DNA of 39,981 nucleotides from a virus: IMG/VR virus record IMGVR_UViG_3300045988_134362, positions 1 to 39,981 of that record; one strand, 5' to 3'. Shown piece by piece: positions 8,501 to 16,423 of this stretch (position 1 is its first letter; each line of letters starts with the position of its first letter). The notes under the pieces were generated by a model. It saw only the letters and a program-made list of their open reading frames with translations, ran no database searches and was not told where the DNA came from. The position numbers and the translations under genes were made by a program.

Positions 8501-11500
8501 CTGGTACATCAAGTAGTTTTCTTGCCTCTTTCAAGGCATCTATATGGTCACGTACTTTTTCTCTAAGGTCTTGTAGTTTAACTTCAGCTTTATGTGTTTT
8601 TTCTTCTGCTCGTCCGATTCTTGCTTCTGTATCGGATATACCTAATCTTTCTTTTAAATCAGCGGTAAGGTCTTTAGCATCCGTAACCCTCTCTAGTGAT
8701 AAGGCAGCAGCAGTTGCCTGTCTTATGTACTGATTGATTCGTTTCTTCATCATGGAAGAGTATTCAGCGGTCATCTTCTCAAGTCCTTCTGGTGAATTGA
8801 GTTTCTTATCCGCTTCATTCCGTATCATTTCAGGTGTAAGCATAGAGTCAACATACTTTTTCTTTAAGTCTTCTATGTAAGCATCCGCTCTCACATCAGA
8901 AGTGCCGCCGTGTTCCATTAACGCTTTTTCAAAGGTTTTTTTCGTATACCCATAATTAGCAAGGAAGTTTTTCTTTTCTAAGGCGGTAGGGAATAAATCA
9001 GAATTCAGGATCTGTTCTATCTTATATACTTCATTCTCTTCTACTAATCCCTTGATATAAAGTTCCCTTGCTGTTTCCATTTGTTCGTCAAGTTCGGATA
9101 ATTTACCCTCTTTATATTGTTTCATAAAAAGACTTAACGAACGTTCACGGATACTATCCTTGATTTCTTCTTCCCATCTCTTAATGTTTTCTTCTTCGGC
9201 CTGGTTGAAGTTAATGCCTACTTTATCTATGGCAAGTAACTTTTTCTGTAACTGCCACTTTTCTATTTCTTCATCAGTAGCTACCATCTTATCAAAGATA
9301 ACTCTTACTTCTTCTGGTGGGTCTATCTTTCCTAAACTCATTAAAGACTGATAGATTTCTTTAAGCCACTTACTAAATCTTCTGAATACACTTCTAAGTT
9401 CTTTAGTCGGTGCTTTACCCTCGAGGATATACCGTTCAAATCCTCTGGCAAATCTCTCCTGTATAAAGCGTTCTCTCGCTCCTTCTTCGCCTTTCTTAAC
9501 CGCTCTTTCATAAGACTTAAATTCTTTTTCAAGCGGTGTACCTTTGTACTCTTCCATAACCTCTTTAGAGTAGCTTGCCCATTCTTCAATGGTCTTGATA
9601 TCTGCTTGTATCTTTGCTTTTTCTTCACCAGGTAACACGGAAGAAGTCACAAGGTTTTGTAAAGTCGTTAAATAGAAGTGTGCGGATTCATGAAGAACGG
9701 TACTCTTGTCTGCTCCATCAAATATATGTATAGCATTATTGATATAATCATAAGCTCCTTTATTAACGGTTTTGTTATCGGTCTTTTGGTAATAAGATTC
9801 CCCTTTTGTATCCTTGACATCTTTTAGCATTTCATGTATAGTAATGGTACTAAGAGATTCATTAGGGCTCATAGCGAATCCGCTTTGCGGAATGGCTAGT
9901 ACTGGTTGTACATTTTTTGTACTTCCGGATGCCCTAATGGGTCTCTTTTTGTCCATAATGACATCAAAAAGCCCAATACTATTTTTATCAAAAGTGATTT
10001 TGTTCTTATATTCTTCTGCCACTAATCGAACAGTGTATAAATTATCCCCAATACGAACAGGAACATATAACCTGTGATAATTTAATACATTGTTCTTTTG
10101 TTGTTGTGTTTTTAGTTTATATCCAGTTAATCCGTCTAACGGTTTTATTTTATTATTTTTTTCGCTTTCTATTAATACAGTATTTTCAATTAAATCTTTT
10201 ATATTAGTTACTGCGTATCTTCTGACTTTTGCTTTATGCCCCGACAACTTCTTATTACTGGAGAAAGTAATATGTCCAATCTTACTTTTTATGATTTCTA
10301 CCAGTGCTTTATTATCTGCTGTGGATAGTGGCTGTCCTATCAAAGTACGCAAGTATTCTTTAATAGATTTATTGTTAGGTACTCCGTTTTTTACCTTATC
10401 CGTTAAATCAACTACCTGTACTCTTTCATTAGGTGATATTCCCGATGTTACGGGTTGATTATATCCCTCTGTAACAGTTTGTCCACCAAAGGTCGGCATA
10501 AGCTGTGTTACGGGTATATGGTAGTCCTGTGACAGTCTATCTACCATCTTGGCCAATAAGAAAGCACTATCTCTTGCACCTTGTGCTACTTCTTCATTAG
10601 TTTCTTTAAGTCCACGCACAAAAGGTTCATATACGTTTTTAAAGGATTCACGACTAAGGGATATACGAGCGTTGATATCGCTTTTCTTTATCTTGTCTAT
10701 GGTCGGTTTAAGTTCTTTTAACGCTTTGATTCTCTTCTGTAAGTCTTGATAATCTCCGTTCTCTTCTTCGTCGATAGGTGTAAGGTCTTCTAATGCTTGT
10801 TCTGTTTCGCGTATCTTTTCTAAATAAGTATCATCTACGTGTTCTAACCCCTCGTGCAAAATACTTGCGAGGGTTTCTTTTTGTCCTTCTTCTTCAGGTG
10901 CAAAGGTAGCAAGTATTTCTTCTATTGCCTGTGACTCTTTAATACTTCTTTCGTCTTCAAACTCTTGATATCTAGCGTTAAGCCTTTCTCTTTCTTCTTT
11001 GATATCTTTCATGGTTAATCCGTCTTTTGTCATGGTGGTATAGTCCATCATTGCATTAGCGGTTTCTTCGGTTGCTTTCTGGAAATACATACCTGCGTTT
11101 ACTTCAAGTGGTGTATCGTCCTGTAACGCTTTATTTACGGATTTTTCGCTTACAAGTCCTTGTGATACAAGTTCATTAATCGCCCGTCTTCCTTCTTCGG
11201 TTTCGCTTGCCTGTGCCACGTTTACATATAAAGTATCCATGTTCTGGGCTTTAAGCTGTTTAGTTAAAGTCTTTGTGTAAAGGTCTGGTGTTGATTTAAA
11301 GAGTTTTGATTCACTTCTTGCCTTGATAAGGTTTGATATAAGCCCCTGTTCACGTTCTCTTGCTATTTCCTGTTTAGCGGTTTCAGCTCCCATTGGTGAG
11401 TTCTTGATATAGGCATCAATCGCCCCTCTTTGGTTTTTAAACCCTTTATACCGTGCAAGTCCGCCGCCTATAGCGGAAGGTGCAATCATACCGATTGCGG

Positions 11501-12950
11501 CGGGTAACGCTTCTATCATTGCATCAGTTGCCGATTCAAGAATATCATTCATACTATGGTTTACCTTACCGCTTACACGTTCGTTAACGGTGGTAACTGC
11601 ATCTTGTAAGCCTTCTTGAACTACCTGTTCGCCTACGCCAAGAGATATATTCTTTATGGTTTCTTTAGCAGAAATACGAGCTATTTTGTCTTTAAAGCTC
11701 TTGATGCCCGCTTCTGTTAAGACACGGCGGATTCCCTCGTTTTTGATAATTTGACTCGCTACGTTACCGCCATACATTTTTGAAATACGACCAAAAGCTG
11801 ATACGTCTAAAGCGGTTTCTATAGTTGCTTGCCAAAAAGCTTCGTCTTTTGCTTGTTTTACTGCATCATCGTGAGTGTAGATGTTCTTACCGTTCTTATC
11901 TCGCATTTGCATTTTACGCCAGTAGTTAGCTCCAAGCTGTGCCCTGTAGGTACCTTTCCAGATGCTCATACCTGCTACACCTAGAGCCCCTGCTATAGCA
12001 CTTGCCATTGCGATAGGTGCTCCAGCTACCATACCGCCTACAGTACCCATACCTGCCAATGCTCCACCTGCAACTATTCCCGCTCCTGTCGCAAGTTGTC
12101 CTGTATACTGTAATACCTGTGGTGCAAGGGTTCCTAAAGGTGCTACGACTTCCGTATATCCTCTTACCCCTTGATTCCACATAGAAGATACGTTTTCTAC
12201 GGCGGGCAAAATGAAATAGTTAAGCCCCTTCCCGTCAGTCTCCTTACGTTTTAACATAAGGTCGTCAATCTGCTTAGTAGCATCTTCATAACTGATTTCT
12301 TTATTCGCCGCTTTTACCTGTACTTCGGATATCTCGTCGTTTATCTGTCCTGCTTTCCAAGCATCCATAATAAGGTCGTGTTCTTCCGCCCCTTGTTTCT
12401 GTATAAAGTTTAATATCTTTTGTTGCGGCAGTATGTTTGAAAGGGCATTTGCCACTTGAACGGGTAAAGCTTTAGCTTCATCAATAAACTTTCTTGTTTG
12501 CATGATGCTACCGACATCTTTTAAGAGTAAAGAAAATGATACTGGATCTTGAATATCTGCTTCAGGGTAAAGTTCCTGTAAGTGTTCTTTAGAAAAGGTG
12601 TATCCAGTAAGAGCCATGTTTTTTTGTCTATCGTACTCTTGCTTGTACTTCTCCATATTTTCTTTAGAGTCTATCAAGAATTGTTTACTTATGCCTAAGG
12701 CGTTACCGATAGTATAAGCCGCTTTAAGGTTTGCTTCTGGCATGTTATTTACTATAGTATTTTTATAAATATCAGATACTCCGATATCGTCCAATAGTGT
12801 TTTTGTGTAATTTTTAGCATCGGTGTATTCTTTGGTTTCAGTTTCAGTAACTCCTACTTCGCCAAAAATTGGAGTAGGTTTTTCTCTCTTTACTTGATAC
12901 GCACTACCGTTAGCTAAATAATCTAATAATTCTTTACCTTCTAAAGCCAT
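5589..12950 (-). CDS. giant internal virion/ejection protein (2453 aa), in the T7 gp16 position; glycine-zipper membrane segment (about aa 265-330), HExxH motif (HESAH) near aa 1040; otherwise mostly alpha-helical
   Basis: One uninterrupted ORF between the SLT-domain protein and the tail fibre. The GxxxG/AxxxG zipper run TGAGIVAGGALAGMGTVGGMVAGAPIAMASAIAGALGVAGMS is read directly. No Walker A motif found. Confidence 0.6.
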   Translation of the reverse strand: MALEGKELLDYLANGSAYQVKREKPTPIFGEVGVTETETKEYTDAKNYTKTLLDDIGVSDIYKNTIVNNMPEANLKAAYTIGNALGISKQFLIDSKENMEKYKQEYDRQKNMALTGYTFSKEHLQELYPEADIQDPVSFSLLLKDVGSIMQTRKFIDEAKALPVQVANALSNILPQQKILNFIQKQGAEEHDLIMDAWKAGQINDEISEVQVKAANKEISYEDATKQIDDLMLKRKETDGKGLNYFILPAVENVSSMWNQGVRGYTEVVAPLGTLAPQVLQYTGQLATGAGIVAGGALAGMGTVGGMVAGAPIAMASAIAGALGVAGMSIWKGTYRAQLGANYWRKMQMRDKNGKNIYTHDDAVKQAKDEAFWQATIETALDVSAFGRISKMYGGNVASQIIKNEGIRRVLTEAGIKSFKDKIARISAKETIKNISLGVGEQVVQEGLQDAVTTVNERVSGKVNHSMNDILESATDAMIEALPAAIGMIAPSAIGGGLARYKGFKNQRGAIDAYIKNSPMGAETAKQEIAREREQGLISNLIKARSESKLFKSTPDLYTKTLTKQLKAQNMDTLYVNVAQASETEEGRRAINELVSQGLVSEKSVNKALQDDTPLEVNAGMYFQKATEETANAMMDYTTMTKDGLTMKDIKEERERLNARYQEFEDERSIKESQAIEEILATFAPEEEGQKETLASILHEGLEHVDDTYLEKIRETEQALEDLTPIDEEENGDYQDLQKRIKALKELKPTIDKIKKSDINARISLSRESFKNVYEPFVRGLKETNEEVAQGARDSAFLLAKMVDRLSQDYHIPVTQLMPTFGGQTVTEGYNQPVTSGISPNERVQVVDLTDKVKNGVPNNKSIKEYLRTLIGQPLSTADNKALVEIIKSKIGHITFSSNKKLSGHKAKVRRYAVTNIKDLIENTVLIESEKNNKIKPLDGLTGYKLKTQQQKNNVLNYHRLYVPVRIGDNLYTVRLVAEEYKNKITFDKNSIGLFDVIMDKKRPIRASGSTKNVQPVLAIPQSGFAMSPNESLSTITIHEMLKDVKDTKGESYYQKTDNKTVNKGAYDYINNAIHIFDGADKSTVLHESAHFYLTTLQNLVTSSVLPGEEKAKIQADIKTIEEWASYSKEVMEEYKGTPLEKEFKSYERAVKKGEEGARERFIQERFARGFERYILEGKAPTKELRSVFRRFSKWLKEIYQSLMSLGKIDPPEEVRVIFDKMVATDEEIEKWQLQKKLLAIDKVGINFNQAEEENIKRWEEEIKDSIRERSLSLFMKQYKEGKLSELDEQMETARELYIKGLVEENEVYKIEQILNSDLFPTALEKKNFLANYGYTKKTFEKALMEHGGTSDVRADAYIEDLKKKYVDSMLTPEMIRNEADKKLNSPEGLEKMTAEYSSMMKKRINQYIRQATAAALSLERVTDAKDLTADLKERLGISDTEARIGRAEEKTHKAEVKLQDLREKVRDHIDALKEARKLLDVPVRQLEESIINSMSKQNISKATNWKYWNNRQKSVTTSATREIRKGNWANASYWINEGRKCALKARIAYKNEAEIRQALHGNPKEASNVYNKDGLEKYGLNGLINRVGRITSPIKMSSNARYFVQHLAYQLGLTNADGMLPIDKNGVQVPFSWANLAYDLNPTRAMEVERTNANKMDGKPYEGEDVIAPWLRSIFESPEQKPIKKLTMNEFRELIKAIKAIYHLGKREYDGMSFKTIEGKVVSMEQAVSDIVTEINAPVVNAVDRKLAKRTFDGLKEMAQSYLNSITLPEVMIERMGESAYEYIYKPIERGASKEREMMNKAAKRMQDIFNKYTLDEWRDIRSKKNIQLGFDYKGNPRMVTKETLLTIALNWGTESNRDRVMETYQMDSDFILDILNEKMTNRDWDFVESVWKDIDSYYGDLNKVYDNLYGIPLGKVKGQEFTLNNGRVINGMYYPIKYDTETSIRAEEQANNEILKKQMSGYSTFGIGTGMTKQRSNGSGGQALRMDLEVYRNHILDTVHFISMRECAIDVYRLLANKEVSTAISSKYGFDWYRTLKTWAGDNWSAPIDNAGIVERFLDTARKNYVQAILAYRTSTALLNACNIAILWGKKGGMWTLKAISNYYLTGGNVKEWTENRLANRRFIMEKSSMMKDRITTMDKDLARGVELPVSQGENEIISRVKHGKVSLDTLNQYAFTFISETDLIFSLPLWLETYKETRNRLMVEGITDPAVIEQRAIEAGDKSVRECFGSGEMKDRPDILKQKFLRHLLPFYTFNNMILNHFIKDRYLLKDTGNKRPLIRDVLFLGLLQGSLEGSIRYAVKKAVGSDDDWQESVLQAIITGNVVGGDPVLRTLVPALMETGIKGFGYTDDGAPDIPAFNFASQIVAILRTYQSEKKDSLDVAQEVTKLGTRLMGISDTATDGLFSAIRYLSQDTDSSLLETLTAIVLDRKIKKKGDKNKKRNSRKREEIK

Positions 12951-12963
12951 ATTTGCTCCTTAA

Positions 12964-15201
12964 TTAAATTTCATTAATTGTTTCTTCATCATTCAAAACA
13001 GATTTTAAATTAACTTCTGATATCCATACATCTGTTCCATCGGCTCTCCGTATATACCAGCCGTTCTCTTTATTGTTAATCTTTGCCCTTGTGAGTCCAT
13101 AAATACCCCTACTTTCAAGATACGAGCGTGAATATCGGTCTCCACCTATTGTAAATCCAAGTATAGTAGGAATGCCTACAGTTATACTCGGGGTTATTTC
13201 TGCCTGAATAACCTCTTTCCAAGTGGGCGGCTCTTCTCCTGTTTCCTTTGCTTTTGCTCTTTCTTTTGCCATACGCCGCCTTAAATGCAATTCATAATCA
13301 TCGGGTAATTCTTGTTTTTTATCAAGTCCTGCAATACTTAAAATAACATCCTTATTGTATTCTTCGGGGATTTTAATACCATATGCATCCTCGCCTTTTT
13401 GATACATATCTACGTGTTTTAGCAAGGTGTCATATTGTTCTTCCGTAAGTGGTATCCCTAATTCATTTATTTTTTTTATTTGAGTCATTAAATCTTCTTC
13501 GGATAATATTTCTGTGCCGATTAAAGCATCTATCTTCTTTAAGCTTTTATCGGTCATAAACCCCTTACTATCAAGCCCCATACGCTCGTTAAATTCTTTT
13601 TGCTCCGCTTTAAGATAGCTATTTTTAGCGTTCATGGCTCCAAGTCTTGCGTTAACATACCTTGAATCATGGGCAAGGTTCGGTGTCATATTTTCCATAC
13701 CTGCCACATAATTATAAATATCCAAATCGCTCTTTCCGTCTTCTTTCATGTGTAATACGGTTTCCTGTATATTGTCTAATGCTATGGTATTTTCATCATG
13801 AATACGATTTCTTATCATTTTTAATTCACTTTGAAAGGCTTCTTTACGTTGAGCATTCATAGTTTCTACCTGTTCAGGAGTCATAGAGTTTTTACCTAAT
13901 CTTCCGCTTACTTCATCAACATATTGTTGTATGGACGGCTCGGGCTTATCTTTAGTTCCATTAAGTGCTGTCCACGCTCTGCCGTAAACATCGGTGTCTA
14001 ATCCGTTGATATATCTTTCAGCGTTAACTGGTCCACTATACCAAGCGACCATCGCCCCTTGCATACCAAATTGTTTGACATATTCATTAAACTTAGCTTT
14101 AGCTACTATATATTGATTTTCTGCTGTCTTTGGTGCGTCAGGGGGTAGTCCTGCGTCCTTGCACCAATCCGCCCAGTTTTCAGGAAGTATTTGATAAGTT
14201 CCGTACGCTTTTGTGCGTCCGTTTTCAGCAGTATAATTTACTTTTCCGTCAGCTGATCCCGATTCTTGCCCTGCTATAGCTCGCATTAAATCGTCGACAC
14301 TACCGCCGCCGATAGGTGCTTGCAAAGGGAACGCTGTATTGAATTTCTCCCATATTTCGTCATCGGTTATTTTAAATAAATCAATATTATTGTCTTTGAT
14401 AAATTTATCTAAATTTGTTTTTGTTTCTTGAGCGTTGTTTAAATTTCTAAAATTAAATTCATACTTTTTTAATGTGTCTTCTGGTGCTCCCATCGCACGG
14501 AGTTTTGATACAGTGTCCAGTCCGTTTTTATAATCTCCTGTAGCGGTCATTTCGTTTAATACTTTTGTTCCCACCTCATTTAATAAGTTCTTTGATTTAA
14601 CGTCAATTTCCGCTCCATCTGTGCCACGTCCTGCCATGATAGCTCTTGTAGTCTTATCAAGACTGGATAAAGCCGTATAACATTGTGTCGGGTCTCTTAA
14701 AATGGTATCAGTTGTGTTTTGTGCTGATAAAAGTATTTGATTATTTGCGTATTTATCAAGCTCGGCACTTTGCCTTTTGTCGATAGATTTAAGTTGTGCC
14801 GTAACGCTTGGTTCTATCTGCTTTAAAAATGCGTTATGAGAATAATCGGAATCTAATTTATATTTACTGATAAGTTCTTCTCTTATTTTAGATTCTGCCT
14901 GTTGATAGGCATCCTGCATGCTTTCTGCGGATTTCCCTTGCAAAGTAACATATAGCCCGTTCTTTTCGTCTTCCATTAAAGAATTAATGCGTTGTTGATA
15001 TTCGTTAGAAGCATCAAACACTTTATCGTTCTGGTCTTTCATCCACATCTTCTCTAATTGTGCTTGAAGTCCACCCAACGCACGATTTAAGGATTCCGAT
15101 TCCTGTGTATTAGCCCCGTAAGCTGCGGAATCGGTAATTGGTATAACCTTGCCTTCCGCAATGTTTCTGTTAATGCTAGGTTCAAATTGTGATAACTTCA
15201 T
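12964..15201 (-). CDS. internal virion protein with soluble lytic transglycosylase (SLT) domain, 745 aa
   Basis: Family-1 SLT signature AIAGQESGS...AYGTYQILPENW (catalytic E-S, GxYQI). Size and position match the T7 gp15/gp16 class of core proteins. Confidence 0.7.
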   Translation of the reverse strand: MKLSQFEPSINRNIAEGKVIPITDSAAYGANTQESESLNRALGGLQAQLEKMWMKDQNDKVFDASNEYQQRINSLMEDEKNGLYVTLQGKSAESMQDAYQQAESKIREELISKYKLDSDYSHNAFLKQIEPSVTAQLKSIDKRQSAELDKYANNQILLSAQNTTDTILRDPTQCYTALSSLDKTTRAIMAGRGTDGAEIDVKSKNLLNEVGTKVLNEMTATGDYKNGLDTVSKLRAMGAPEDTLKKYEFNFRNLNNAQETKTNLDKFIKDNNIDLFKITDDEIWEKFNTAFPLQAPIGGGSVDDLMRAIAGQESGSADGKVNYTAENGRTKAYGTYQILPENWADWCKDAGLPPDAPKTAENQYIVAKAKFNEYVKQFGMQGAMVAWYSGPVNAERYINGLDTDVYGRAWTALNGTKDKPEPSIQQYVDEVSGRLGKNSMTPEQVETMNAQRKEAFQSELKMIRNRIHDENTIALDNIQETVLHMKEDGKSDLDIYNYVAGMENMTPNLAHDSRYVNARLGAMNAKNSYLKAEQKEFNERMGLDSKGFMTDKSLKKIDALIGTEILSEEDLMTQIKKINELGIPLTEEQYDTLLKHVDMYQKGEDAYGIKIPEEYNKDVILSIAGLDKKQELPDDYELHLRRRMAKERAKAKETGEEPPTWKEVIQAEITPSITVGIPTILGFTIGGDRYSRSYLESRGIYGLTRAKINNKENGWYIRRADGTDVWISEVNLKSVLNDEETINEI

Positions 15202-15204
15202 ACT

Positions 15205-15942
15205 TTATCTCCTGTACTTATCCCATATAGACGGCTTAGGTTTCCACGAACCACGCTTTAAATTAAACGTTCCGCTTGTTCTAGGCAGGTCAAACGGCAT
15301 CATAGTGCCATCAAAAGCAGTTCTTCCATAATTAACTATCGGGTCTACATCTTTTAAGTATTTAGATGTGATAACTGACATTGGATTACCACTAACCGTA
15401 TTTAACGCTGTTTGAGCCATTGCCTTTTTAGCCCCTTTATAAGTATTCCACCCACCAATTAAAGAGGTCGCCGTACCTAAAATAGTAGCAAGTCCTGCCA
15501 TCTTGCTCTGTGCTCTTACATTGGCAGCACTTGCCCTCGCTCCGTTTGCTTGATTAATATAGTTCGCCTCGTTAGTCCAAGCCCCCCACGCATCATTTCT
15601 TTGATTGCTAAGGAGATTTAAAGAGTCGTTGTTATATTCATCAACAACAGAAGAGTTCATATCAAGTACTGACCCACCGTTACCAAGTCCGCTTGCTCCT
15701 GCACTTGCTAAATGTTGTCCAAGTATCATACGCTTTTTAGCATCCAGTGACATTTGCTTTTGTAAATAGCTTTCTGCGACCTGCTCCCTTTGTCTTTCTG
15801 CTATCTTAGCGTTTTGATTGGCAGCATTCGCTTGTGCGTTGTACATTTGAATTGTTGCATTTGCTTGTGCTCTTTGTAAGCGATATTGATTAATACCCTG
15901 TAATACATTCATTCCAAGCATTGCACCAGTAATACTACACAT
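15205..15942 (-). CDS. internal virion protein (gp14-like, Q/N/A-rich, 245 aa)
   Basis: Position between the 162-aa gene and the SLT protein. Low-complexity Q/N/A-rich composition typical of ejection proteins. Confidence 0.4.
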   Translation of the reverse strand: MCSITGAMLGMNVLQGINQYRLQRAQANATIQMYNAQANAANQNAKIAERQREQVAESYLQKQMSLDAKKRMILGQHLASAGASGLGNGGSVLDMNSSVVDEYNNDSLNLLSNQRNDAWGAWTNEANYINQANGARASAANVRAQSKMAGLATILGTATSLIGGWNTYKGAKKAMAQTALNTVSGNPMSVITSKYLKDVDPIVNYGRTAFDGTMMPFDLPRTSGTFNLKRGSWKPKPSIWDKYRR

Positions 15943-16423
15943 GGTTATCCCCCTTTATTAAAAATCTAAAAAAGGGATTCCCGTTTATTATAGTAGGTGA
16001 GCACAATACCGCTCCTGCTTTCCTAATAAACCTCAACGCCCTTTTATTATCTAAAGATATAAAATTATATATCCATCTATATTTTTGTTTACACTCTTTC
16101 ACAAAGTCTAGCCCTGCCGTTACAATAGTTCTTTTGTGTTTAATAAGTTCTTGTGTTCCAAGTGCCCATATCACGGCATCAGCCTTTTCTTCCCTTACAC
16201 CAAAAAGACAGAGCAAGGTATCGCCCTGTTCTGCCTTATATACTGTAGTACTTGAGATAATAGAGTCATAGACGGACGGCAATATTTTTAATCCTGCGTC
16301 CTCTATCTCTTTCTTATCGTCTTCTCTTATATTATTAGTCAAACCCTTAGCAAGTTTTACCGCTTGCTGTGTGTCTTTCGGGTTGATTTCAGTAATTGTA
16401 ACGCCGTAATATTCTTTATCCAT
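15935..16423 (-). CDS. hypothetical virion protein (162 aa)
   Basis: Overlapping start and stop with neighbours inside the late operon. Confidence 0.35.
   Translation of the reverse strand: MDKEYYGVTITEINPKDTQQAVKLAKGLTNNIREDDKKEIEDAGLKILPSVYDSIISSTTVYKAEQGDTLLCLFGVREEKADAVIWALGTQELIKHKRTIVTAGLDFVKECKQKYRWIYNFISLDNKRALRFIRKAGAVLCSPTIINGNPFFRFLIKGDNHV

Noticed and set aside
7350-10749. Several plus-strand ORFs (7350..7661, 8389..8733, 9160..9351, 9814..10077, 10090..10458, 10549..10749) plus 9341..9628 (-) inside the giant gene
   Set aside because: Antisense or out-of-frame with a continuous 2453-aa ORF. Low-complexity S/L/F-rich translations, no RBSs. Shadow ORFs.
11926-12180. ORFs on both strands (11926..12180 -, 11962..12174 +) over the glycine-zipper region
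   Set aside because: Artefacts of the GGN/GCN repeat DNA encoding the zipper. The Gly/Arg/Ser-rich and Pro/Ala-rich translations are mirror frames.
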